This document shows positions 41,301-54,485 of a stretch of 64,000 bases of DNA, in pieces. The notes below the pieces were generated by a model, which saw only the letters and a list, made by a program, of their open reading frames with translations, was not told where the DNA came from and did not search any database. A program made the position numbers and the translations under genes. The DNA lies in contig CM075992.1 of NCBI GenBank assembly GCA_038087875.1, positions 5,396,001-5,460,000 of the forward strand, in the 5' to 3' direction. Source of the stretch: Malacoraja senta (taxonomy: Eukaryota). How positions within the stretch are numbered: position 1 is the stretch's first letter; every line of letters starts with the position of its first letter.

Positions 41301-44300
41301 GTTTAAAGTATGAGTCAAATCCAAAATGACGGGGTTGGTCCTAGCTTGACGAATTGTTCAGGTGCTCCCAGTGTAATAAGACTACATGGGCTGAGATCCC
41401 ACCCCTCAGCAGAACAACAGATGAAACAGGGAGCATTAAACGTGATGAGCTAATGTTGTAAAAACCTGCCATAATTCATCACATGACATCTTATGAAATT
41501 GACGCTCAAATTAGGACTTGTGAGGGGTGGGCAAATAGAACCACAACAAGAAAAGCTGGAAATCTATAGAAAGTCACACTGCAGCTGAATTGATTAAGAA
41601 ATAGGAAAACAGTTTTAATATGTAGAGCAAGAGGGGAAGGGGAACAAAAGGGAAGATTTATTATAAGGTGGAAGGCAGGAAAAAAGATCACAAAAAGGAA
41701 AATGTATCAAGGTAACAAAAGCTGAGGAGGAAATTGTACAATGATTATCAGAAGCATAAATGAGGATGACGGAGAGGAGGTCGTCCCCTGTGATGGCCAC
41801 TTTTCCACTGTGCTTGTCCGTGCCCGTGCTGCAATAACCACTGCTGCCGCCATGTTGTAGAACTTGAAGGAGCCCAGTGGAGCTTCAACGGCTTAAATCA
41901 AGAGCCGGGGGGGTGGGGAGGGGGAGGGGGAGTGGGGAGGTGGAGGGGGAGGGGGAGTGGGGGGGGCCACATAACTCGTGGAAAACAGAGCCCGTGCGCG
42001 TTGAAAATTCTGCGCAGCTTACTGCGAGGAGCAAAGACATTGTGACGTCATCCAGCTCGCTTCAGCACATTAGATTTTAAAAAGATGTCAGATCGGTGAA
42101 CAATTTTAGTAAAAAGCTTGGGAAATAATGAATGATGATACTTTTACAATCCAAAATATGACTTCACCAAGAATATTAAAGCATGGAACATAGAAAAATA
42201 AAAGCCAGCACATGATGAGACCCTTTAGCCCACAATGTCCATGCCGAACATGAGGCCGAGTTAAACTAATCTCCTCTGCCTGCGCGTGAACAATATTTTT
42301 CCATTTCCTGCATATCCGTGCACCTTTTAACATTGCTAAAAGTCAAGATGCACCAAATGCACAGAGAAAAATGAATAACTAACAGGGAGAAGCCAATCTG
42401 TAACTCAATCAAATGGTTCAGGTACTATTGCAATCACCATTTACCCTCACAAACCGTGGAAAATGTGATGCCTCAGCAGTTTGTAAACACCACCAAAAGC
42501 TTGAGAACATGCAGAAGTGGAGATGGTATCAGGATTTATTTATGATTCAGATTTGAACTGCCTGATTGAAAAGCAATGAAACACAAGGCCAGTGTCTTCA
42601 GGAGTGTAGGTGTGGGAATGGGGGTCATATCCCGTCAAACTGTCACATAGGTGGTAATCACACGCCATTGAGATTGCAAAAGGAAAGAATGCAAGTTCCC
42701 ATAGGTTGCATCCCTTCAAGATTGTTGCTTCCAACAAATTTCACGCACACTAAAAAGTTCATGCTTGCTAATGTTATGACATGCCCACTTTTCCTCAGAA
42801 ACAGCAGGATCTATCTGATTGTTTGCATCAATTGCTCGTTTTCCAACACGTGAAATGTGAAAAAGGAAAGGTAAATGCTTCTTTCCAATTCATCACAGTC
42901 CCACAATGTGCTTCAATGCTGACTACACTACTACGATAACAATGATTTTGCAGCCTTTTTCATCAAGGCAAGATAGAGACACTGTGCTCAGTTATTTTGT
43001 CTCAACATTCAGCTGTTATGCCACCTCTAGGTTGGAACATTGAAAATAAACACAGAGGTCCTTGCAGAAAGTGCATGCGAGAATAGGATCAAGGTTGGCC
43101 AGAGTTGTACAGTCTGCCAGTATTCATTGCTTAGTCTTCCATGATCAGAATGGCTTCTCAGAGAAGTTACAAAAGGGATTGTACCCCAACAACTACCAAT
43201 ACTTCCAACAGAGGGCGGGATGAAAGCAAATGATGAAGAGGAGGAAGCAGTACTTGCACTTCAGACCAACTCTGGACTACTTTTTTGAATGCACTTAATG
43301 CACATGCATATAACTTATAGCAGCTGGTGGCTGAGGCAGCAAAGGCCACGGAGAAGCAGTTGGAGAGCAGGAGTTGTTGCAATGGTAGGAGATCCAGAAG
43401 TGGGGGTGATCTTCCACAGATAATTCAGCAGCTAATGGGGGCTGGAGTTACCACACATATTGCACATTCTCCAACACAGGCAGAAAGTAGGATGGTGGTC
43501 ATGGGGTTCTACCCGCTATTAAACTGTATTGGAGCTCCAAGGGCTGCTGGTGTAAATTGCACCTGGTGTGTAGGTGCGTGGTAGAATCTGGGGGAAAATT
43601 GCTGACAATATCGAGAGAATAAAAATTGGATTAGATTAGCGTAGGATTAGCATAAATAGATGGTTGAAGGGCAATGTGATGGGCCAAAGAACCTGTTTCG
43701 ATGTTGTATCTCTCTCATTCTCTCATTCCATATGTCAGTGGATCCTCCATATACTACCATGAAAACTGTGGCCAATCCACACCTAAATGCTAGACTTGCA
43801 AGTGTCTGCTTTATATTACAGAGAGTTCAAATTACGGTCTTGAGTAATCTGGTGTAAAGTTGCATGCTGAAACCAGACTTTCAGTCATGCTTCATCTGCA
43901 CAGCACCAACTCTGTGCCTCTTTCAGTTGAAGCATATGTCAACAGATAAGCAGTGCTGCTATCAGCTCCTTCCAAATTTCCAACATATACAGACCCATGA
44001 ATTAAAGCAAAGGGGCATAGAACCTCTTTACTTGAGACTACTGTCCCAGGTTTGTAGTTACTCGTGGCTATGCTGAACAACACCCTGTCCATCACACTGC
44101 ACTGCCTAGTTGTTCACTAACCTTATCTAAGCGACTTTAGAGATAAGGTGTGGAAACATGCCATTCGGCCCATCAAGTTCACGGGCGACCAGCGATCACC
44201 CGCATACTAGTTCTATCTTACACGCCAAGGGCAATTTACAGAAGGCAATTAACCTACAAACCTGCACATCTTTGGAATGTGGGAGGAAATTGGAGCACTC

Positions 44301-47300
44301 TGAGAAAACCCACGCGGTCACAAGGAGAATGTGGAAACTCCGTGCGATCAGCACGAGATGGCAGGATCAAACTCGGGTCTCTTGCGCTGTAAGGCAGCAA
44401 CCCTTATACTGTGCCACTGTGCCACCTGCTTCAATGAATTAAGAATATTGTACTTCTGTCAGAACATACATGAAAAATTATTTAAAATGGAAACAAACAT
44501 CTGCAGCTACAGTCTGTGTTAGAATATTGAGGTGAGAGTATATTGCCCCATTTATTAGATAGTCCCCTACAAACTACATTGCTGATTGATTTCAATATAA
44601 TGCACTCAATTTTGAACTCCCAAAAATTACACCAAGAATCAAATTCTGTTTAGTTTAGAGATTTAGTTTAGAGTTATAGCACGGAAACAGGCCATTCAGC
44701 CCACCGTGTTCATGCCAGCCATCAATCACCTGCTCACTCTAGTTCTAGGTTTCCCATGTTTGCATCTACTCCCTATGCACTGGGGGCAATTTACAGAGGC
44801 CCTACTAACCTGCACATTTTGGGACGTGGGAGGAAACTAGAGTACCGGGGGAAACTACACAATGTTAGGGAGAACGTGCAAACTCCACACCGACAGCATC
44901 CAAGGTCAGAATTGAACCTGGGTCTCTGGTGTTGTGAGGCAGCAGCTCCATCAGCTGTGCCTCCCTCATCAAAAAGTATTGATAGTTGTGCATCAGGAAC
45001 TATCTATCGAAACAAAGGTTTATAGTTTTATAAACTGCTTATTTTTAAACTGCACTATTTGTCAATCGTCTGTTGGGCCACAAAGTGAAGCATTTATCAG
45101 GACAGGCCACAGCTGTCTGACTTCAGCAGCTTTTACAAGGGTTAAAAATACCAATGGCTCCTGATGACTCTGTTGACACTCACTCTACGCAAAGTGACAG
45201 GCTGAGTGGGCCAGAGAAGTGAACTCTTTGACATTTGCAGCAGAGGTCAGGTGCAGTGATATTGGAGTTTGCGCTGACAGTTCGGTCAGAAACGATGCTT
45301 TGTGGTCATGCACCAGGTCTGGAACAACTCCAGCGTCACCTTAAACCACATTCAGAACTCTTGTGAAGCCAATTTACCAAATTCCTCCACATCACAAACA
45401 CAATAGAATGAAGTAGCTTTCTTCCTGCACCACCAAAGGTCCCCCCTGGAGCTTTCTCCCATCATTTTTCCCCCCATGTTATTTGCATATCAGCGGTGTT
45501 TTTTTACAGCTCTTTCTTTTCCTGTGATATTAAATCTCCACTGGCCGGGGATTTACCCTCTCCCCTCCCACCCCTCCCCGCCCCAACTACCAACCTACTG
45601 AATAACCTCCCTTGCCCCCAATCCCAACCCAATCAATGATCCTCCCCAACCGCTTTTCCCAACATGTGTTGTTGGAAACAACTGCAGATGCTGGTTTAAA
45701 TCGAAGGTAGACACAAAATGCTGGAGTAACTCAGCTGGACAGGCAGCATCTCTTCTGTACATAATGTGCAGGTTAGTGGGGCCTCTGTAAATTGCCCCTA
45801 GTGCGTAGGGAGTAGATGCGCAAATGGGAAACATAGAACTACAGTGAACACAGCGGGCTGAATTGCCTGTTTCCGTGCTGTATCTCTGAACTAAATCTCT
45901 AAACTAAACAGAATTTGATTCTTGGTGTAATTTGGAGAGTTCAAAATTGAGTGCATTATATTGAAATCAATCAGCAATGTAGTTAAAGTGCTGAGCAACC
46001 GGGAGATTGGGTAAGTTAAGGCGGACTCTCCAGAGTTAAGTTAAGGCATAGATCTCTCCAGAAAACCTCTCCTACTTTTCCCCTCTTTCAATGGTCTTTC
46101 TCAGTGGAAGTGAGAAATCCCAGTAATCCACTGTGGTGAAATTTCACTGCCCGCGAGGTGAAATTCAAGGTAAATAGAGTGCTTTCTGGGAAGGTCTCCT
46201 TCCTTTTAAACAGTCATTCATTCCAATAGTAGTGCTTTGTGCTGATGTAATTTGTATTTAGGTCCAAGAACGAACAACCCAATGAACTCACATTGTTTTC
46301 CAGGCCGTTAGTGACAAAAGCCAGCTCGGAGTAGAGGTGAATTTATTTATTGGCTATGTGATTATCAAGAGATTCATACTGATTTCTGTTACGTATCCGC
46401 AGATTGGTCAGCACCACATAACTTTGCGATGCAATGTCAAATTAAAATGGGTATATGTTCTAAGGTGGAAACCAAGGGCAGTGACCCAGTCTAATGTCAA
46501 CTGACAAACAGGCAAATGGTCTTCATAAAGGTGATTGGTTTTGACAGCTCAGGCTGTGCTCTTGTTTATTTTCGGTGGGGTAGGAGGTGGTGGTTTGTAT
46601 TCATTCTGTCTCAGACAATGAGCAGAAGTTGGAAAATGCAAGGGTGTTGACACGGCGCAACGCTGCAAAAGCGCTGCCCTCAGAGGCGGCGATTGTACTG
46701 CTTCACACAGCAGCATGGCTGTCTTGGATGGGAACCAGGTCAGTGAGCTCGAGCACTGTCACACGAACCTTATTAAGATAATAAGTGGGTCAGTTTCCAG
46801 AAGCCAGTCTGGAAGAACTTGCCAAGTGGTGAGGAAGCACACTGCATCAATTGTCTAACTATGCCACCCAGCTGCCCATAGTACATCAGCCCCCTCATCC
46901 CCTTTTCACCATCCAATGCCAACCAGTTATCGTTTTCTTGCTCATGAATACAAGTTATTTGGAGCATCGTGTTTAGCCACCAATGTGTCCCCATGGAAAC
47001 AAATTTGCACTTGAGAGGCGGTTCCAGTATCAGCACCCTTACTATCTGGAGAGAAAGAAGAATTGAGTGACTTTTCCTGCCAGCTCTTAGGTTGTAAGGT
47101 GGCCAGGCCATACAGCTTTTACCTTAAGGGAATATTCCAAGGTTCAGCTCGAACAATGAGATTGTTGGTTATGTATTTATCTTTTGAAAGTTCTCCAGCC
47201 ACACCACATTCTTGCAAATAATTCCATAGCCTTTGATGTCTTCCTGCCTGTGAGCTTAAGTATTCCATTTAGCTTAGTTTAGTTTAGAGATTCAGCACGG

Positions 47301-47721
47301 AAGCAGGCCCTCCATCCACCGAGTCCATGCCGACCAGCGATCCGCGCACGCTAACACTATCCTAGGGACAATTTTATAATTTGACCATGCCAATTAACCA
47401 ACGAACCTGTACGTCTTTGGAATGTTGGAGGAAACTGGAGCTCCCGGAGAAAACCCACGCAGGTCATGAGGAGACCGTACAAACTCCATACAGACATATA
47501 CAGTCATACAGTCAGGATCGTAGTCTCTGGTGCTGTAAGGCAGCAACTCTACCGTTGCGCTGTTGTGCCGCCCTTTGAATCATAGCTAGAACCAATCCTA
47601 TTTGCATTTAACACATACATTTCAAAGAGGTACAGTTTAAATAAATGACCACCAATGAGTAAGTCTGTGGCAGAGATAGCTAGATTCTTGATTAGTGCAG
47701 GTGTCAGAGGTTATGGGGAGA

Positions 47722-48287
47722 ATTCAGTATTCAGTATTTACTTTAATGTCATTTTAACTGAGTACTTACATACACAGATGAAACGAAAAATTGTTTCTCA
47801 ATCAGTTCCCGTCAGTGCAGTTAATAAAAACAGAATAAATACAAAAAGCTTTAAAAATTAAAATTACCATATTTAAAACAGGCCTAATAATTGAAATAAA
47901 AACAGACATTCAGACCGAACAGTGGCTTTGCTTTGACAGGTGCCTAGCTGTCAAAGTATGGGCGAGGTTAGATGTGTTGGTGTATGATATATGGGGAGGG
48001 GACACAGTCTGTTAACCAGTCTTATTGCCTGTGGGAAGAAGCTGTGTAGCATCCTGCTGGTTCTGCAGCTGATACTCCTGTACCTCTTCAAAGATGGCAG
48101 AATGGAGAAGATGTGGTGTGATGGATGATAGGGGTCCTTAATAATGGAGATGGCTCTGCTGATGCTCCGCTTCTGATAGATCTCCAACAGGAAAGGGAGT
48201 GGGGCACCAATGATCCTACTGGCTGTCTTCACTATCCTGTTAAGTTGGTTTTGCTCAAAAGCCTTGCAGCTCCCAAACCAGGAAGTG
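47722..48287 (-). mobile_element. Rex1/Babar-like LINE 3' fragment inside a CR1 tail
   Basis: IIKDPYHPSH...SFFPQAIRLVN with a (ctgaata)n tail. CR1 tail sequence resumes at 48288. Confidence 0.8.
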
Positions 48288-50819
48288 TAGGAGAATGGGG
48301 TTAAGAGGAAAAGATAGATCAGCCATGATTGATTGGTGAGGGTAGACTTGATGGGCCAAGTGGCCCAATTCTGTTCCTATCACTTATGAACATTAACTAT
48401 CTCCTGATATCCTGCAAAACTATCAGGAGACAAGGAGCACGACACAGAATTTCTTCCCTCTTGCTGGCAAAACAGAGAGTTTTTCCTGTTACGTGCAAGG
48501 GCAAGCAGTGTGCTTGCCGACAGCTCTATATTGTGGGATGTCACAAATGATTCTGTCCTAAGTCCACGATTAAAAACTTGCACATTTCAGCATGCATCCT
48601 GAGATATAGATCAGGAGCAGGAGTCATAGTTTAAATTCCCTTCCCCAGGACAGGGATATAAGACTAATTGTATCCAGAATCGCCCAAATTAAATTAGTAA
48701 CTCAGTCTAGGCTGGGAATTAAACCTGGGATGTAATCTGCAATGGTGATAGAATCTATAATTGGTGGCATCTTACTATTAATGAATGAGTGAATTTCAGC
48801 TGAAAGAAATCATTATTTTTGAGCACTGTTTAAAGAAACCGGCTGAGAGCTTCATCTGTGTGTAAGGCAACAGCAATTTTACCCACGGTTCCACGTTAGT
48901 TAATACCAGCTGTTCATAAAGACAAACATTTAGTTGCAAACATTTTCCATATTTTAGCACTCTTCTATCTTGGCTTCCAATGATGCTAATCATACACAAC
49001 TTCCAAACTGTGATTTTGTTGCGATTTAAAAAAAATTTGATCTGAATTGCAGGCGATGCTATTGACTTCTGGAAGATCTAGGTTTTAACAATTTTGGAGA
49101 CCATTCCGAGAATGTTGCGTTGCTCTCTACTGAATACATCTCGAGTAGACCAACCAAAATTGGGAGCTCCAGACCACACCCGAGGTAATTTCAATGGGTT
49201 CTTCCTCAAAATTGTGGCCAGCAATGCCAGAGGAAATTGGGCATAAAATGAGTCCACCTTCATCAAGTTTTAAAGAAAACGAGAGAGAGAGACTTCTGAC
49301 AAGAGGTGGCATCATAAGGCAGCACGATGACAGAGCTGGTAGAGCTGCTGCCTCACAGCACCAGGGACCCATGTTCAATTCTGACCTTGGGTGCTGTCTG
49401 TGTGGAGTTTTCACAATCTCCCTGTGGCCGCATGGGGTTTCTCCGGGTGCTCCAGTTTCTTCCCACATCTCAAAGACATTCGGGTTTGACCGTTAATAGG
49501 CCTCCGTAAATTGCCCCTAGGGTGGAGGAGTTGAATGCAAAAGTGGGATAATATAGAACTAGAACTAGTGTGAATGGGTTTCCATGCTGTATCTCTAAAC
49601 TGAAACTTTCTTCACCTTCCTCACCTGACCTCAGATAGTAGCCGTCAGGGAGTCACACTACAACCTAGCCAGCGATCGTTCATCTAGAGCTTTTTGAAGA
49701 GAAGGAGGCAGCTTTTTGGAGCAAAGAGCACATGGCAGACAAATGGCATGCCACTGAAGTATCTATAACAATACGAGCACTTCAGCCTAAGGTCACATTC
49801 AAACACTGTGGACTTAGACAGCACAGTTTTATTTGCTTTCTACAACAGAGAGGTGTCAAATATGGCAAAAATAATCAACGGTCTGGAGCAAAATTCTAAC
49901 GAGGCACTCCTGACTTTGGCAATAGTGTAGACACGTTTATTCCATTTAGCACAGAAAACAGGTAGCACAGTGGTGCAGTTGGTAGAGCTGCTGCCTCACA
50001 GCACCAGAGACCCAGGCTCGATCCTGACCTTGGGTGCTGTCGCGTGGAGTTTGCATGTTCTCCCTGTAACTTCCTGGTGGTGCTCTGTTTTCCCCCCACA
50101 TCCCGTTGTGATTTATAGGTTAATTGGCTGCTCCCCCTCTTCTCTTTACACCAGCTATCTTCCCTCACCACTCTCATGGAGTAGGGTCTGGTCTAAAACA
50201 TCAGCAATTCCACGTTACATGGTGTGAAGAGCTAACAACAGGTGGAGATATGGAACCCCATGTTAATGTGAAGTAAATGCCACACTTCTTTTAACAAGTA
50301 TTGGCAACACACTTTGGAACATAAGATGATAATGCCACTAAGATTAATTTAGTAATCCTCCTGGTTAGACAAATATTCTCCAAGAGGGAATTCCTACTGA
50401 ACCAACGGTTTGCCTTCCAATGGAAGACACGATACCCTGACTGGACTGATCATTAACAATCTGGACACCATACAGAATTTAGTTAATAAATAATGAAGTG
50501 TTTTCAGACCATGTTCTTTTGACAGTGCTCAGTCAGATAAAACTGACTGGAAACTTATTAAAACTGCAAGAATGTTGAAGAATCACTCACCCTTATCATC
50601 ATGCAGAAGAAACTACCCGCTTCTGAGACAGGCCTGTGGCTCCATCTGGTGGTATGATTAAAAAAGACAATTAAATTTAATTAATTTTGAACACACGCAC
50701 AGTTTAGATTTATTTTTTTGCTGAATACGGCTGAATGACAAGGTTACAACAAGGTCACAAGTAGTAGTGAGATAAATTAACACGGTGACTTATTCTATAA
50801 CTTTGAATAATATGACTAA

Positions 50820-51375
50820 GAAATCAACACGTAGCTAAAGTGGGAAAGAAGGCATACTTGCCTTTATTGGTCTGGGCATTGGATATAAGAGTCAGGAGGT
50901 CATGTTGAGCTCTATAATACTCTTGTTAGGTTACATTTGAAGTATTCCATGCAATTCGGGTCACCCCAATACAGGATGGATGTGGCTTTGGAGCGGGTGC
51001 AAAAGAGTTTTACCAGAAAACTGCCTAGATTCTGAGGTATTAGCTACAAGGAGCAAACTTGGAAGTTTTCTCTGGAAAGCCAGTGTCTTGAGGGGAAATC
51101 TGATTTAAAAAATATAAATATAAAATTATGAAGGGATGTATATACTGTGTATATAGAGTAGACAGTTAGAACCTCTTTCTTGGTGGAAATGTCAAAGACT
51201 AGACAGCATAACTTTAAGTGAAAGGAGGAAAGATTAAAGGAGATGTACAGGAGGAAGTTTCACATGGATATGCAGGGAATGGAGGAATATGGATTATGTG
51301 CAGGTAGAGTTGTTCTTGGCATCATGTTTGGCACAGACATTGTGGGCTAAGGGGCCAGTTCCTGTTCTATGTTCT
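50820..51375 (+). mobile_element. Old CR1 LINE fragment
   Basis: Degenerate similarity to 14250-14880. Confidence 0.65.
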
Positions 51376-53858
51376 ATATAATACCATTCACGATCATATT
51401 TAAAGTTAATTTCAGCCGAGTATGAACTTCTTAAGTACTTTTTCAAAGTACATTTTGTGCACAACAACTTCCCACAACCAGCAACATGGTAATAGCAAGA
51501 GGCTCTTTTTTGACAATGTTAAATGAGAATAAATGTTGGCCAGAACACCAGTTATAAAACTCGACCTGCTTCAAAATAATGCCATGAAACCCATACTCCT
51601 GAGACAAAAAAAATCCCACTTCTCCAGTCAACCTCGCTTTAGTGACAAATTTTAATATCGTTTCAAGGATTCTTTCCTTTAGTCACTTTAATTGAAGACA
51701 TGGGATCAGAAGATAATCGATACGCACTCACGAGACATTCAATGCCACCGAAAGATAAATCTTCCAAACATAGTCTCTTGATTAATAGTTTCTTTATTGT
51801 AGTAGTAAAAACAGTACGATATTCATCCAAACTTCTTCTTGTTTAAGTACATTTTAATCTTACTCGTGGTCATACTCGTGCATGGTCGAAAGCTGTGACC
51901 TCTCCCCCATGCTTCTTCAAACTAAACTAACTACTAGGGAGCCTGTGCGAGAATCCCAGCCGCAAACACGCCTCAGACTACGTATAAATCCTACCCACAT
52001 AATTACAGGCAGATAAAATTTAAATGTAACTGGTTATAGTTATAACTCACTGAGTTAAGCTAAATGGCTATTAGACTCGCTGCAACCCATGCACTTTCTT
52101 TATCTGCAGTTTCTCTGTAGCAAGCAAGTCAGAGTGGTAATAGGATGGATAGTTGAAGTGATGAGTGACTAGAAGTTTAGAGCTGAACTTGCAAACTGAG
52201 CAGGTGGTGATGCTTAGAGTCATGATGTCAGCACAGACTCTGTGAGCTTAAGGGACTCTTTTGATGCTAGATGATTCATCTATTTGTACTAAGTGCTGGG
52301 AGGATGCAATGAGTCCGGCAGCATCTGTAGAGGGAACGGACATGCGATGTTTTGGGTCAGGACCCTTCTTTAGACTCCGGAGTCAGAAGAAGAGTCCCGA
52401 TCAGATACGTTGCCTGTCCATTCCCTCCATAAATACTGCCTGATCCACTCTTTCTCCAGCACATTGTCCTTTTGCTCAGGAATCCAGCAGTTCTTTGTGT
52501 CTCCGCCTTCCATTGAAGCACCTTACAGTCTTCTTGGCCCAACACCAAGTTCTACAATACGATTAGATACGATTCTTCGATTTCTCTTTACACTTCCTTG
52601 CTATTGGTATTAGTTTATTATTATCATATGTACACAAGTAAAATAAAAACCTTTTAATGGATGCTAATCAGATCAAATCATAAATGAACACAATCTTGCC
52701 ATACACAACCACAACAGATAATGCAAAGAGTAAAATACCAGAGTGCAGAATGTAGTTTAATGTACCTAGTAATCCTGATAGATTTGCAGTTGGAATATAG
52801 CTTTACAAGAGTAGATCCTCTTCTGGGACCAGCACTTCAAGCACCATCACACTTCTGTGCCAACTTTCACTATCTTCTCTTTAGTCCTTTTTACCCCTGC
52901 ATTCCTCTGCACATTAAAAGCTGTGGGCTTGATAGATACAGGGGCCACAATTTTCTCTCCTTTTCATAAAATCAAAATTTTCTCCCATTTTGATGTAAAC
53001 TCTCACAAATTACTCTCATTCTGATAAAAACCTCACAAAGTACTCGTTTTAAAAATTCATTTTCCTCTCATTTTGATTGCAAACTCTAATTTTTCCCCCA
53101 TTCTGATTAAACTTGCAATTTAACTTTCATTTGGATGAAAACTCACAGTTTGATGAAAACTCATTTATTTTGTTTCCCTCTGGATTTGATGCTCGGTTTT
53201 GTTAAGTATTTCCAGCTGAATTTGCCTTAATTCCCTCAGTATTTCTGATCTTTCCAAAGGAATGATTTTATCACCAGATTAGAATTTTGTTAATGCATAT
53301 TTAATGCATATTTTTGTTAATGCATAAAAAAAACTATTATTTTAAAATCTACAAAATGCACTTCAACTTGATACTGCCTTCCTACAACAATTCCTAATAA
53401 CAAAATAAAAATCAAACTTTATTATCTAAATTATATTATTTAGCCCCTATTTGGAGAATATTTAAAAAAATTATTTAATCAAAGCAGGGTACAAAGTCAA
53501 AAATAAATTTATATTTTCAAAGATTTGATTTATCTTTTATTAATATAATTAAAATAAAGATTTATCCCCCCCCCCCCCCCCATATCGGTTAATCAAAACA
53601 GGATATAAACCTCGAGACAAAAATGAATTTATATATATTTTTAATGATATTTCATAATTATAATTCTAAAATACATTATAAAGATTTCTGCAGTACCTTG
53701 TTTCTATAAAGATGTATTCCCCCATTTGGTTTGGATAATCTAAAGAGGGCATAAAGCACGGGTTTTGTTTTAATACATATAAAATGTATATAAGTATTCA
53801 GAGTCTTTATAAATTATTGCGAAAGTTAATTCTATTCTACATAGGTCAGGTGGAAGAC

Positions 53859-53863
53859 AAAAA
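53859..53863 (-). terminator. RNA Pol III terminator (T5) of the tRNA gene
   Basis: TTTTT on the minus strand, 5 nt after the tRNA 3' end. Confidence 0.85.
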
Positions 53864-53868
53864 GAACT

Positions 53869-53953
53869 CGACTCCGCCGGGACTCGAACCCGGAACCTTT
53901 GAATCGCTTCACCCACTAGAAGTCCAATGCGCTATCCATTGCGCCACGGAGCC
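53869..53953 (-). tRNA. tRNA-Arg-TCT: tRNA-Arg(TCT) with 12-nt intron (Arg-TCT-1-1-like)
   Basis: Reverse complement reads GGCTCCGTGGCGCAATGGATAGCGCATTGGACT-TCT-A-[GTGGGTGAAGCG]-ATTCAAAGGTTCCGGGTTCGAGTCCCGGCGGAGTCG. It has A and B boxes, a paired acceptor stem, the anticodon at 53918-53920 and an intron at 53905-53916 after position 37. Confidence 0.97.
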
Positions 53954-54149
53954 ACCTGTTGGATCCAAGCTGGAAATAGTCTATTCATTCTCGCATCAGA
54001 AGCGTACGATAATCACCTATCATTTTCTGTCGATTCTCATCGCCTTGCAACGGTGGCGCCTAAATGTTTCGACTCCCGGAGGTTCGGAATCGTAAACGAG
54101 CTTCCATTTCGCTTGTTAGATAAAGTTTAATTGGGGGGGGGGGGGTTTA

Positions 54150-54446
54150 GGTTAGGGTGAGATTGTGTGTGTGTGTGAGGCCGGCGTGTGGTGAAGCACT
54201 GCCTGTGGCCGCTAGGAGCTCCTCGGCCCGGCTCCGACTACAGCTCCGATGGGAGGGGTGGGGGAGGCCGAGGGCGCGCTCGAGCCGTTGCCATTGGCAA
54301 CGCCCTCGGGACCAACGGTCGCGGCCGTTCGATCTATGATTCGAATGGCGGCGCGCGCCGCGACCGTAGCGTTCAAAATGGCGGCGGCGGCAGCGCCTCG
54401 CCCCGCAAGCTTAGACCTGTGAGTGAGTCCATGCACATAACGCGGC

Positions 54447-54485
<39 letters not shown>

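Noticed and set aside
41790..42200. G-rich tract with TGACGTCA resembling a promoter or G-quadruplex
   Set aside because: Looks like a fragment of an interspersed repeat, with no CpG island or exon. The family could not be assigned.
53784..54130. ORFs overlapping the tRNA
   Set aside because: Antisense read-through of the tRNA gene, with no protein features.
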